Shown here: positions 26,722-36,325 of the stretch, one piece after another
How the letters are laid out: each line of letters starts with the position of its first letter
How positions within the stretch are numbered: the stretch's first letter is position 1
From: an uncultured Acidobacteriota bacterium
GTDB taxonomy: Bacteria; Acidobacteriota; Thermoanaerobaculia; Multivoradales; JAGPDF01
Direction: 5' to 3'
DNA length: 64,000 nucleotides
Assembly: GCA_963700315.1 (NCBI GenBank)
Contig: CAVOXC010000001.1
Location: forward strand, 141,809-205,808
The notes under the pieces: generated by a model
Seen by the model: only the letters and a program-made list of their open reading frames with translations
Database searches by the model: none
What the model was told of the DNA's origin: nothing
Program-made: the position numbers and the translations under genes

Positions 26722-28100
26722 AAGCCCGCGCCGTCGATCGAGGCCGGCCCCCGGCATCAGCCGCGCCCCGGGCTGTCGGCTTCCCGTCCTTCGAGCGCGC
26801 TCGACTGGGGAGCGGCCTCGAGACCTTCCTGCTCCCGCGCCCCGGCGTGCCGAAGGTGGAGCTGGCGCTGGTCCTGCCGGCCGGAGCCGACCGGAACCCG
26901 TTGGACGCACCTGGACTCGCCTCCCTCACGGCCGCCCTCGTGGACGAAGGCACGAGACGCCGCGAGGGCCCCCGGATCGCCGCAGAGGTCGAGCGCTTGG
27001 GCGCCAGCCTGGCGACACGAGCCGACTGGAACTCGGCGCAGCTCGAGGTCGAGCTGCTCACGAAAGACGTCGATCGCGGTCTCGAGCTGCTCGCCGAGCT
27101 GGCTCGCGAGCCGGTCTTTCCGGAAGCTGAGATCGAGCGCTTGCGCGCCCTGGCGCTGACCGAGCTCTTGCGGCGCCACGACCGTCCAGCGGTGCTCGCG
27201 GAGGAAGCGCTCGCCCGAGCCCTCTACCGGGGCACGCCCTACGCCGAGCTGCTACTCGGCACCGAAGCCTCCATCGCGACCCTCGCTCGCCCGCGGATCG
27301 CCAGCTTTCACCAGGAGCACTTTCGCCCGCGCGGCGCCGCCCTGATCGTGGTCGGAGCATTCGATGCGGCCGCCGTGGCACGGCGAATCGACGCTCTCTT
27401 CGGAGATTGGGACGAGGATCCGCCGCCGCTGCCGCCCGATCTCGTAGCTCCAGCCCAAACCGGGCGCCGCGTCCTCGTCGTCGACCGGCCGGACTCGGCC
27501 CAGGTCGAGCTACGACTCGGTCACGTCGGAGTCCCGCGGTCCCATCCGGACCGCAACCGCCTCCTGCTCATGAATGCCGCGCTCGGCGGGAAGTTCACGT
27601 CGCGCATCAACCTCAACCTGCGCGAGCGCCACGGCTATACCTACGGCGCCTCCAGCCGCTTCGTCGACCGCAAGGGTCCAGGACCCTTCGTGGTCTCGGC
27701 GGCGGTGGCGACCCCGGTCGCGGGAGCTGCGGTACGCGAGGTCATCGGCGAGCTCGAGCGCGTTCGCGCCGCACCGCTCGAAGCCGCCGAGCTCGAGGAG
27801 ACCCGAAGCTATCTGATCGGCGTCTTCCCCTACACGCTCCAGACCTCGGGTGGATTGGTCGGACGCTTGGAAGATCTGGCAGTCTACGAGCTGCCCAGCG
27901 ACTACTATGACCGCGCGCTGGAGGAGCTCGCCACGAGCGACGCCGACTCGCTGCTCGACGCCGCTCGCCAGCATGTCCGACCCGACGAGCTCGTAGTGGT
28001 CGCGGTCGGGCCCGCCGCCGAGCTCGCGCCGCAACTCGAGACGATCGGTCCGGTGGAGATTCTCGAGCTGTCCGCCGCAGACGTGCCGGCCGACGCCTGA
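26718..28100 (+). CDS. M16-family peptidase, non-catalytic-type subunit (no HxxEH)
   Basis: 460 aa with M16-like layout (LDAPGLASLTAALVDEGT..., NLNLRERHGYTYGASS) but no HxxEH. The ATG overlaps the upstream stop (ATGA). Confidence 0.75.
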   Translation: MKARAVDRGRPPASAAPRAVGFPSFERARLGSGLETFLLPRPGVPKVELALVLPAGADRNPLDAPGLASLTAALVDEGTRRREGPRIAAEVERLGASLATRADWNSAQLEVELLTKDVDRGLELLAELAREPVFPEAEIERLRALALTELLRRHDRPAVLAEEALARALYRGTPYAELLLGTEASIATLARPRIASFHQEHFRPRGAALIVVGAFDAAAVARRIDALFGDWDEDPPPLPPDLVAPAQTGRRVLVVDRPDSAQVELRLGHVGVPRSHPDRNRLLLMNAALGGKFTSRINLNLRERHGYTYGASSRFVDRKGPGPFVVSAAVATPVAGAAVREVIGELERVRAAPLEAAELEETRSYLIGVFPYTLQTSGGLVGRLEDLAVYELPSDYYDRALEELATSDADSLLDAARQHVRPDELVVVAVGPAAELAPQLETIGPVEILELSAADVPADA

Positions 28101-28125
28101 GCGCCGCGGCGAGACAAAGGCGGCG

Positions 28126-30141
28126 TCAACGCAGGGTCGCAGTCGTCACGCCCTCGGCGTCGACGCGAATCTCCAACGTTGCTTCGCCACCCGCGGCGAG
28201 CGAGCCATCGACCGCGATGGCCTTGGTCGGGCGTCCGGGCATCGAGACGTAGACACGCATCGTCGTTGGCCCCGGCTCGAGCGTCCGGCGCGCATCGATC
28301 TGGCCCGAGACCTTCTCGCTGCGCAAGAAGCCGGTCTTTCGAACGAACTTGAACTGCTCCCGGACGATCTGTCTTTCACCTGCGTAGATGGTCAAGATTC
28401 CTTCGGAGCTGTCGGAGTAGAAGTCGATCTTCAGGGTCGCATCCGAGCGCACCGGCACCGGTTCGGGGGTGACGGCGAGCGCAAGGGCAGGCTCCGATCG
28501 AGTCGGCGCGACAGGTGCCGCCGGAGTCGGCGTGGCGATGCTCGCCGAACGCTGCCTGTTCCGAAGTCGATCGATCGCAGTCTCGGCGTCCGCCAGGAGC
28601 CTCTTCGCCTCAGGCTCCTCGGGACGCAGCTCGAGCACGCCCCGGACCGCGGTGGCCGCCTCCTCGTACCGGCGCCTCGAGTAGCTTTCCCTCGCCGCGA
28701 TCATTCCTTCGGCGACCCGTCGATCGAGCTCCGCGGCGGCCGCGAGCTCGCGCGAGCGCAGGTCGATCTGGCGGCGCAGCTCGGCAGCGTCCTGGCTCGA
28801 CGGATCGGCCAGCTCCGCGCGAGCCACGCCCTGCAGAGCGCCCTGTAGGTCGCCCTGGGCAAGCAGGGTCCTGCCCTCCGCGAGTGCCGTCGCGGCGGTC
28901 ATGCGACTCTGCTGCTCCGGGCTGAGGGCGGGAGCCACGGGAGCGCTCTCCGAGCTCCCTCCGACCATCCAGAGGCCGACCACGCCGAGGAATCCCAGAA
29001 CAGCGAGGCCTGCGACCGCTGGAATCAACCACTTCGGCTTCAGAGTCGCGGCAGCCGGGACCGCCGCCGGCCTGACCTCCGGGAGCTGGGCGTCGACCGT
29101 CGCCTCGCCGGCGGCCCGCGGCGCTGCATCATCCGCGTCCCCGGAGTCGGGTACCAACGGGGCCGGCGACGGAGTGCGCCGAGCCGGAGGCGAGGCGGTG
29201 GGCGGGTCGGTACCCGGGAACATCTCGGCCCGAGTGATTCTCCGAGTCGGTGCCTCGATCGGCTCGACCTCCTGCGTCGCGGAGGTGTCGTCCAGGTCCT
29301 GGCCGCTGTCGCGTTGACGACGCAGGTCTTTCGCGATTTCGGCAGCCCGTGGAAAGCGCCGATTCGGGTCCTTTTCCAAGCAACGGTCGAGCACACCGGT
29401 GAGGCCGGCCGGAAGGTCCCGGACGATCTCCTCGGCCGGCGTAAAAGGCTCGAAGACGATCTTGTGGGTCACAGCCGTCAGGTTCTCGCCCTGGAACGGC
29501 TTGCGCCGCGTGAGCATCTCGTAGAAGACGACGCCGAGCGAGAAGATGTCGGCGCGATGATCGACCTCCTTGCCCTGGATCTGCTCCGGCGCCATGTAGT
29601 TCGGAGTGCCGAGCAGCTGCCCCTCCATCGTCAGATTCGACGTGTCGAGCCGGGCGATGCCGAAGTCGGTGATCTTCACCTTGTTCTCCGGCGTGATGAG
29701 GATGTTCGCCGGTTTGATGTCGCGGTGCACGACGCCGCGGGAGTGGGCGTAGTCGAGTGCCTCGGCGACCTGGGAAACCACCTCGACGAGAAAATCGCTC
29801 GAGAACGAGTCGGGCTTCTGAAGGAGTTGCTTGAGATTGGTTCCCTTGACGTACTCCATGGCGATGAAGCAGACGCCGTCGGCCCCCTCGTCCACGACGT
29901 CGTGGATGGTCACGATATTGGGGTGGGAGAGGATGCCCGCGCTCTGCGCCTCGCGGACGAATCGGCTCCGGAACTGGGCGTGCTCCTGGTCCTTGGCCGA
30001 GAAGCCGACGCGAAAGGTCTTGAGCGCGACAAGGCGACCGATCAACGGGTCGCGAGCCAGGTAGACGACACCCATCGCGCCCTTGCCGATCTCCTCGAGC
30101 ACTTCGTAGCGACCGAGTTTCTGGGGTGAGGTCGGAGTCAT
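28126..30141 (-). CDS. Ser/Thr protein kinase with TM, TPR-like and beta-rich extracytoplasmic regions
   Basis: GKGAMGVVYLARD, ALKTF, HRDIKPANILI, DFGIAR, GTPNYMAPEQ. TM segment WLIPAVAGLAVLGFLGVVGLWMV. Confidence 0.85.
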   Translation of the reverse strand: MTPTSPQKLGRYEVLEEIGKGAMGVVYLARDPLIGRLVALKTFRVGFSAKDQEHAQFRSRFVREAQSAGILSHPNIVTIHDVVDEGADGVCFIAMEYVKGTNLKQLLQKPDSFSSDFLVEVVSQVAEALDYAHSRGVVHRDIKPANILITPENKVKITDFGIARLDTSNLTMEGQLLGTPNYMAPEQIQGKEVDHRADIFSLGVVFYEMLTRRKPFQGENLTAVTHKIVFEPFTPAEEIVRDLPAGLTGVLDRCLEKDPNRRFPRAAEIAKDLRRQRDSGQDLDDTSATQEVEPIEAPTRRITRAEMFPGTDPPTASPPARRTPSPAPLVPDSGDADDAAPRAAGEATVDAQLPEVRPAAVPAAATLKPKWLIPAVAGLAVLGFLGVVGLWMVGGSSESAPVAPALSPEQQSRMTAATALAEGRTLLAQGDLQGALQGVARAELADPSSQDAAELRRQIDLRSRELAAAAELDRRVAEGMIAARESYSRRRYEEAATAVRGVLELRPEEPEAKRLLADAETAIDRLRNRQRSASIATPTPAAPVAPTRSEPALALAVTPEPVPVRSDATLKIDFYSDSSEGILTIYAGERQIVREQFKFVRKTGFLRSEKVSGQIDARRTLEPGPTTMRVYVSMPGRPTKAIAVDGSLAAGGEATLEIRVDAEGVTTATLR

Positions 30142-30329
30142 CGGGCTGGCCGGAGGGCTTGGAGATTCTAGGTTCCGACCGGGTGAGCGTCAAACCCGCA
30201 GTGCTCAGCCGCGCTCCAGGTCGGTCGAGAATGGCTCCCAACCCGCTCGGGCGGGCCGCCGAGACCGATTCTCGTTGATATAGTACGGCTTTCCTTGCCG
30301 TTGCGCCGCAACCCAGGAGATTCCGAACG

Positions 30330-32135
30330 ATGCAGGTCGACACCCCCGCCAAGCTGAGAAACCTGGCGCTCGCCGGCCACAACGACACTGGCAAGACGAC
30401 TCTGGCGAGCGCCATGCTCCAGACCGCCGGCGTCGCACCCAAGCTGGGCCGGGTCGAGGACAAGAGCGCAATCACGGACTTCGACGCCGAAGAGCATGAA
30501 CGAGCCATTTCGATTGGTCTCGGCGTTGCCCACCTCGGTTGGGAGGGCCACAAGATCAACCTGATCGATTGCCCAGGTTACGGCATCTTCTTTTCGGAAA
30601 CCCAGGCCGGGATCCGGATCGCGGACGCCACCGTCGTCTGCGTCAGCGCCGTCGCAGGCGTCGAAGTCAACACGGAGAAGATCTGGGAGCTCTGCACCGA
30701 GCTCGGAACGCCGGTGCTATTCCACTTGAACAAGATGGACCGGGAGCGCGCCGATGCCGATCGGGCCCTGGACAGCCTGCGCCGGGCTTTCGGTCGCCAG
30801 GTCATTCAGGTGCAGCTGCCGATCGGCTCGGAGAGCAGCTGCTGCGGAGTGATCGATCTCGTCTCGGGAAGGGCCATCCGCTTCGACGTCGATGGAGACG
30901 GCAAGGGCAAGATCGAGGACGTCCCCGCCGAGCTGACCGACGCTTTCGAGGAGGCACGGAATCGGCTGATCGAGGCTGTCGCCGAGAGCGACGAAACGCT
31001 GCTCGAGAAGTTCTTCGACGAGGGTACGCTCGAGGGCGACGACCTCGCGAGCGGCCTGCGCAGCGCCGTCCTCGGTCGCAGGCTCTTTCCGGTCACCCTC
31101 GGTTCCTCGCTGCACCAGATCGGCACCTCCGCGCTTCTCGACTTCCTCGTCGCGTTCGCCCCATCGCCAGCCGAGCGCGCCTACCCTGGCCATCGGATCG
31201 ACGGAACAGAAGTCGAGCTCACTGCCGATGCCGAGGCTCCGCTCGCCGCAATCGCCTTCAAGACCTCGAACGACCCGTTTACGGGCCGGCAGACACTGGT
31301 AAGGGTGCTCACGGGCACGCTCTTGAATGACGCCCAAATCTGGAACGTGCGTGCCGAGGAAGCCGAGAAGGCGCACGGCATTGCCCTCATCCAAGGCAAG
31401 CAGTCCTCGGCGACACCCAAGCTCATCGCGGGCGACATCGGCGCGATACCGAAACTTCGCGCCACGCGCTCTGGCGATACCCTGACCGAGAAGTCTCAGC
31501 CCTTGTCCGCCGACTGGTTCAGCGCCGCAGAGCCCGCGATGTCCTTCGCCATCGAGCCGAAGGCCAAGGGCGACGAGGAGAAGATCGGCGACGCCCTGGC
31601 GCGGCTGATCGAGGAAGATCCCTCCCTGCGGGCCGGCAGGGACGCCCAGACAGGCGAGTTCTTGCTGTCGGGAACCGGTCAGCTGCACGTCGAAATCGCG
31701 CTGGCGCGCCTGAAACGACGCTCGAACGTCGAGGTCATTCTGCATCCCCCGAAGATCCCTTACCGGGAGACGATCCTCCGGCCCGCCGACGGACACGGCC
31801 GCCACAAGAAGCAGACCGGTGGGCGTGGACAATTCGCCGACTGCAGAATCAAGATCGAACCGATGGACCGCGGAGAGGACTACTCGTTCGTCGATGAGAT
31901 TTTCGGCGGCTCGATTCCGCAGAACTTCCGCCCCGCGGTCGACAAGGGCATCAAGGAGGCCCGCACCAAGGGCTTCCTCGCCGGCTTCCCGATGGTCGAC
32001 TTCCGGGTCCGGCTAACTGACGGTCAATTCCACGACGTCGACTCCTCGGAGCTCGCCTTCAAGATTGCGGGATCGCTGGCCTACAAGGACGCGATGTCGA
32101 AGGCCGGACGCCGACTCTCCTCGAACCGATCATGA
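30330..32135 (+). CDS. EF-G-like translational GTPase paralogue, N-terminal 601-codon fragment (frame breaks near 32106-32111)
   Basis: G1 AGHNDTGKTT, G3 DCPGYGIF, G4 NKMD, domain IV HKKQTGGRGQFA. AGGAGA sits 8 nt upstream of the ATG. It ends with out-of-frame text GRRLSSNRS. Confidence 0.75.
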   Translation: MQVDTPAKLRNLALAGHNDTGKTTLASAMLQTAGVAPKLGRVEDKSAITDFDAEEHERAISIGLGVAHLGWEGHKINLIDCPGYGIFFSETQAGIRIADATVVCVSAVAGVEVNTEKIWELCTELGTPVLFHLNKMDRERADADRALDSLRRAFGRQVIQVQLPIGSESSCCGVIDLVSGRAIRFDVDGDGKGKIEDVPAELTDAFEEARNRLIEAVAESDETLLEKFFDEGTLEGDDLASGLRSAVLGRRLFPVTLGSSLHQIGTSALLDFLVAFAPSPAERAYPGHRIDGTEVELTADAEAPLAAIAFKTSNDPFTGRQTLVRVLTGTLLNDAQIWNVRAEEAEKAHGIALIQGKQSSATPKLIAGDIGAIPKLRATRSGDTLTEKSQPLSADWFSAAEPAMSFAIEPKAKGDEEKIGDALARLIEEDPSLRAGRDAQTGEFLLSGTGQLHVEIALARLKRRSNVEVILHPPKIPYRETILRPADGHGRHKKQTGGRGQFADCRIKIEPMDRGEDYSFVDEIFGGSIPQNFRPAVDKGIKEARTKGFLAGFPMVDFRVRLTDGQFHDVDSSELAFKIAGSLAYKDAMSKAGRRLSSNRS

Positions 32136-32422
32136 AGGTGGAGATCCACACCACCGACGAGTTCATGGGCGACATCATGAGCGACCTCGCCCACCGCCGC
32201 GGCAGGCCCCAGGGGATGGACTCGAAGAACGGCGCTCAGATCGTCCATGCCATGGTGCCGATGGCCGAGATGTTGAACTACGCCCCATCGCTACGCGCCA
32301 TGACCCAGGGGCGCTCCAGCTTCCACATGGAATTCTCGCACTACGAGGAAGTTCCGCGCCAGGTCCAGGAAAAGATCATCGCCGAGGCGAAGAGAGACCA
32401 CAGGGAAGAGCAGGAGGACTGA
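32132..32422 (+). CDS. EF-G-like paralogue, C-terminal (domain V) fragment in the other frame
   Basis: MKVEIHTTDEFMGDIMSDLAHRRGRPQGMD...MLNYAPSLRAMTQGRSSFHMEFSHYEEVP aligns to the fusA C-terminus in this window ([30 protein letters not shown]...). Confidence 0.7.
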   Translation: MKVEIHTTDEFMGDIMSDLAHRRGRPQGMDSKNGAQIVHAMVPMAEMLNYAPSLRAMTQGRSSFHMEFSHYEEVPRQVQEKIIAEAKRDHREEQED

Positions 32423-32477
32423 ACAGCCGGCGGCAGCGCCGCTCTTCCGACTTCGCTCGCATCGAGGAGGATTCAAC

Positions 32478-33035
32478 TTGGTTCAAGCCAGCGCACTCCG
32501 CTCAGGAATGTGCATCCTGCACGCCGGCGACATTTGCCGCATCATGTCGGTGACCCACCGCACGCCAGGGAATCTTCGCGCCTTCGTCCAGGTCAAGATG
32601 CGGAACCTGAAGACCGGAAACAGCTTCGAGCACAGGTTCAGCTCCACTGAGTCGGTGGAGCGCGCGATCCTCGACACGATACCGATGGAGTATCTCTATA
32701 GCGACGGCGAGGGTCATCACTTCATGAATCAGCAAAGCTTCGACCAGACCGTCCTATCCAACGAAGTTCTGGGCGATTCCCTGCTGTTCATGCTGCCCAA
32801 TGCCGTTCTGACGATCGATTTTTTCGAGGGCGCGGCCGTGGGCATCGAGTTGCCGCAGACCGTGACGTTGGAAGTGTCCGAGACGGAGCCTGGGATCAAG
32901 GGAGCGACGGCTTCGTCGAGCTACAAGCCCGCCACGATGGAAACAGGATTGGTCGTCCAGGTCCCACCGTTCATCGAAGCCGGCACCCGGATCGAGATCG
33001 ACACTCGAGAGACGAAGTACCTGCGCAGGGTCTGA
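32478..33035 (+). CDS. efp: Translation elongation factor P
   Basis: 185 aa with a TTG start 6 nt after GAGGAGGA. ...THRTPGNLRAFVQVKMRNLKTG..., EYLYSDGEGHHFMNQQSFDQ, GLVVQVPPFIEAGTRIEIDTRETKYLRRV. Confidence 0.9.
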   Translation: MVQASALRSGMCILHAGDICRIMSVTHRTPGNLRAFVQVKMRNLKTGNSFEHRFSSTESVERAILDTIPMEYLYSDGEGHHFMNQQSFDQTVLSNEVLGDSLLFMLPNAVLTIDFFEGAAVGIELPQTVTLEVSETEPGIKGATASSSYKPATMETGLVVQVPPFIEAGTRIEIDTRETKYLRRV

Positions 33036-33105
33036 AACCAGCGCTTCCAGCAGCTCGACAGAGACCCTGAACGACATCGCGCCCGACGGCTCCGGGCGAA
33101 ACGGG

Positions 33106-33690
33106 TCAAGAGCCGCCGACCTTCTTCGGTGCCCGGGCCTTCTTCTGCGGCGGAGCCGGTCTGGTCGGCTTCGCCTTGACTGCGCCCTTCGCCGGCGCCG
33201 GCTTGCCCGCCGCCTTCTTCTGCGACTTCGCCGGCTCGGCCGCCTCGGCGGCCGGCTCGGTCGCTTTCCGTCCGGCACTCCGGGCTGGCTTCTTTTGCTC
33301 CGCAGCTGGAGCCGGAGCCTCCGACTTCTTGAAGTCGAAGTCGACGAACTCGAGGACGGCCATCTCGGCGCCATCGCCCTGGCGTGGTCCGAGCTTCACG
33401 ATTCGAAGGTACCCACCCGCCCGTGACTCGAAGCGCGGAGCAATCTCGTCGAAGACGCGCTTGATGACCTCTCTGCTCGGGATCCAACGGCCAACGAGCC
33501 TGCGAGCGTGCACGGTGCCTCGCTTTCCTTGGGTCACGAGCTTCTCCGCGAGCGGTCGGAGCTCCTTCGCCTTCGGCAACGTCGTAACGATGCGCTCGTG
33601 AGTCATGAGCGAAGCGAGCTGGTTGCGAAACATCGCCAGCCGGTGGGCCGTGGTGCGGCCGAGCTTTCTGCCTGCAACGTTGTGTCTCAT
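33106..33690 (-). CDS. rplQ: 50S ribosomal protein L17 (bL17) with a Lys/Ala/Pro-rich C-terminal tail
   Basis: MRHNVAGRKLGRTTAHRLAMFRNQLASL...GGYLRIVKLGPRQGDGAEMAVLEFV, then a basic low-complexity tail of about 75 aa. Confidence 0.9.
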   Translation of the reverse strand: MRHNVAGRKLGRTTAHRLAMFRNQLASLMTHERIVTTLPKAKELRPLAEKLVTQGKRGTVHARRLVGRWIPSREVIKRVFDEIAPRFESRAGGYLRIVKLGPRQGDGAEMAVLEFVDFDFKKSEAPAPAAEQKKPARSAGRKATEPAAEAAEPAKSQKKAAGKPAPAKGAVKAKPTRPAPPQKKARAPKKVGGS

Positions 33691-33711
33691 GGCGACGCTA
33701 CCTATCCCGAA

Positions 33712-34689
33712 TCAGGCGCCAAGGCCCGCGCCGCCCAGACTGTCCATGCCGAAGGAGAGGCCGAGGCGGCCCAGCAGCTCCTGCAGTTCTTCAAGCGACT
33801 TCTTGCCGAAGTTCTTGATCTCGAGGATGTCCTTCTCAGATCGCGCCACGAGATCCCCCAGGGTCTGGATGCTCGCGTTCTTCAGGCAATTCGCCGTACG
33901 TACGGAGAGGTCGAACTCCTCGAGGCTTCGCCCGAGCAGCGCGTCCGCTGCCGATGTCTCCGACTCGCCCGCGCTCTCGAGGCCACGCGCCGCGTCCTCT
34001 GCGGCGATGTAGATGGCCAGATGTTCTTTGAGCAACGTCGAGGCCAGGGACACGGCTTCCTCCGGCGATATGGTCCCGTTGGTCCACACCTCGAGCGTCA
34101 GTTTCTCGTAGTCGGTCATGCGACCGACGCGCGCCGTCTCGACCCGATAGTTGACTCTCTTGACCGGGCTGTGGACGGAATCCAACGGAACCCAGCCGAC
34201 GCCTAGAGACTCGTCGACATTCTTGTCCGCAGTGACGTAGCTGCGTCCACGCTGGACCTGGACCTGCATCCGGAGCCGGCCTTCCTCGTTGACGGTCGCG
34301 ATGTGGATGCTCGGATCGCATATCTCGATTTGCGGATCGCCGCCGAGGTCGCCGGCCGTCACGTCACGAGGACCGGCGATGTCGAGCGTCATGATCCGTG
34401 GCTCGTCGGAGTGAAGTCGGATCGGGATCTGTTTGAGGTTGAGGACGAGGTCGGTGACATCCTCCTTGACCCCGGGAACCGAGGAGAACTCGTGCAGCAC
34501 GCCCTCGATTTGAACGGCGGTCGCCGCCGCACCCTCGATCGACGAGAGCAAGCACCGGCGCAGTGCATTGCCGATGGTGGTGGCGAAGCCGCGCTCGAAG
34601 GGCTGCGCCGAGAACTTGCCGTACGTTGGGGTCAAGCTCTCGGTATCGATCTCGACGCGCTTGGGGCGCTGAAAACCCTTCCAAAGCAT
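33712..34689 (-). CDS. rpoA: DNA-directed RNA polymerase subunit alpha
   Basis: GKFSAQPFERGFATTIGNALRRCLLSSIEGAA..., C-terminal domain SVRTANCLKNASIQTLGDLV. Confidence 0.95.
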   Translation of the reverse strand: MLWKGFQRPKRVEIDTESLTPTYGKFSAQPFERGFATTIGNALRRCLLSSIEGAAATAVQIEGVLHEFSSVPGVKEDVTDLVLNLKQIPIRLHSDEPRIMTLDIAGPRDVTAGDLGGDPQIEICDPSIHIATVNEEGRLRMQVQVQRGRSYVTADKNVDESLGVGWVPLDSVHSPVKRVNYRVETARVGRMTDYEKLTLEVWTNGTISPEEAVSLASTLLKEHLAIYIAAEDAARGLESAGESETSAADALLGRSLEEFDLSVRTANCLKNASIQTLGDLVARSEKDILEIKNFGKKSLEELQELLGRLGLSFGMDSLGGAGLGA

Positions 34690-34722
34690 TTCTCTAGTCC
34701 TCCGAGTATCGTTTCTCGCCGT

Positions 34723-35352
34723 TTAGCGGCTGTAGAGCTCGACGATGAGCTGCTCTTCGATGGGCAGCTTGATGTCTTCTCGGTTCGGCAGCGATTGCAC
34801 CGTGCCCGTGAAGTTCTCCGAGTTCAGTGCTAGCCAATCTGGAACGCCACGCCCACTCGCCGATTCGACGGACGACTGAATCAGCACGTTCTTCCGGCTC
34901 GCTTCCTTGACGGCGATCGACTGGCCCTCGCGTACCTGATAAGAGGGAATCGAGGTTTTGCGACCGTCGACCAGGATGTGTCCGTGGCGTACCAGCTGTC
35001 GAGCTTGGGCCCTCGACGAGGCAAAACCGAGGCTGTAGACGACGTTGTCGAGGCGCCGCTCGAGGATCTGGAGCAGGATCTCGCCCGTGATTCCCTTGCG
35101 CCGATCCGCCTCCTCGAAGTACAAGCGGAATTGGCGCTCGAGCAGACCGTAGATCCGCTTTACCTTCTGCTTTTCCCGCAATTGTATACCGTAGCCGACG
35201 ACACGCCGCCCACGCCGCTGGCCGTGCTGGCCCGGCGGATAACCACGCCTTTCGATCGCGCACTTCTCCTTGAAGCAGCGATCTCCCTTCAGGAAGAGCT
35301 TCATTCGCTCGCGCCGGCAGAGCCGACAAACAGGTCCGGTGTAACGCGCCAC
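34723..35352 (-). CDS. rpsD: 30S ribosomal protein S4 (uS4)
   Basis: GTG start. [36 protein letters not shown]...; position between rpsK and rpoA. Confidence 0.95.
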   Translation of the reverse strand: MARYTGPVCRLCRRERMKLFLKGDRCFKEKCAIERRGYPPGQHGQRRGRRVVGYGIQLREKQKVKRIYGLLERQFRLYFEEADRRKGITGEILLQILERRLDNVVYSLGFASSRAQARQLVRHGHILVDGRKTSIPSYQVREGQSIAVKEASRKNVLIQSSVESASGRGVPDWLALNSENFTGTVQSLPNREDIKLPIEEQLIVELYSR

Positions 35353-35501
35353 GTTCCTTCTCCTCGTTTCGTCTTCTCCCCGCGGCTACGGGGACTCCAG
35401 TCCAGGGAAGACGCGCTAGAGCATCCGGTGCACGCCACCGAGCCGAAGCGCTCGTTCCTTGCTGCTGCTGATCGCCTCCCGGCGCTTTCGGCCGGAACCC
35501 G

Positions 35502-35918
35502 TCAGACTCGCCGCCGCTTGCGCTGGCGGCAGCCGTTGTGCGGGATCGGTGTCACGTCCTTGATCGACTTGATCTCCACGCCACTCGACTGCAGAGCTCG
35601 AATCGCCGACTCGCGGCCGGCGCCTGGGCCCCGAACCTCCACGTCTACGGAGCGCATGCCCAGATCCTTCGCCATGTTTCCGGCGCTCTGAGCGGCCACC
35701 TGCGCCGCGAACGGCGTGCCCTTGCGCGACCCCTTGAATCCAATCCGACCAGCGGAAGACCACGTCAAGACGTTGCCCTCCGGGTCCGTGATCGAAACGA
35801 TCGTGTTGTTGAAGGACGCCTGAATGTGCGCCACGCCGTGCGGCACCATTCGCTTCTCTTTCTTCTTGGCGCCCTTCTTCTCTTTCTTGCCGGTCGCCGC
35901 AGCTGCCTTCGCCATCAC
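35502..35918 (-). CDS. rpsK: 30S ribosomal protein S11 (uS11)
   Basis: [30 protein letters not shown]...[11 protein letters not shown]. Confidence 0.95.
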   Translation of the reverse strand: MMAKAAAATGKKEKKGAKKKEKRMVPHGVAHIQASFNNTIVSITDPEGNVLTWSSAGRIGFKGSRKGTPFAAQVAAQSAGNMAKDLGMRSVDVEVRGPGAGRESAIRALQSSGVEIKSIKDVTPIPHNGCRQRKRRRV

Positions 35919-35931
35919 CGTTACTCCGTCG

Positions 35932-36315
35932 TCACTTCTTCGTCAGCTTCTTCTTGGTGGCCACCGTCGCCTTGCGCGGTCCCTTGCGGGTGCGGGCGTT
36001 GGTGTTGGTCCGCTGGCCACGGACCGGTAGGCCGCGGCGGTGCCGGACCCCGCGATAGCTCCCGATCTCCATCAGGCGCTTGATGTTCTGCGTGACCTCT
36101 TTGCGCAAGTCACCCTCGACGCGCCCCTCTTCCTGGATGATCTTGCGGATACGCTGCGCCTCGTCCTCGGACAGATCCTTGACTTTGGTCGTCTCAGCCA
36201 CCGCAGCTGCAGTGAGGATCTTCTTCGACCGGGTCCGGCCGATGCCGTGGATGTAGGTCAAGCCGATCCAGACCTGTTTGTTCTGGGGGAGGTCGACCCC
36301 TGCGATACGTGCCAT
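35932..36315 (-). CDS. rpsM: 30S ribosomal protein S13 (uS13)
   Basis: [34 protein letters not shown]... Confidence 0.95.
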   Translation of the reverse strand: MARIAGVDLPQNKQVWIGLTYIHGIGRTRSKKILTAAAVAETTKVKDLSEDEAQRIRKIIQEEGRVEGDLRKEVTQNIKRLMEIGSYRGVRHRRGLPVRGQRTNTNARTRKGPRKATVATKKKLTKK

Positions 36316-36325
36316 CCTCGCCTCT

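Noticed and set aside
30142-30329. Possible promoter elements (TATAGT-like hexamer near 30276) in the kinase / EF-G-like divergent spacer
   Set aside because: I found no matching -35 at a sensible spacing, so I cannot support a call.
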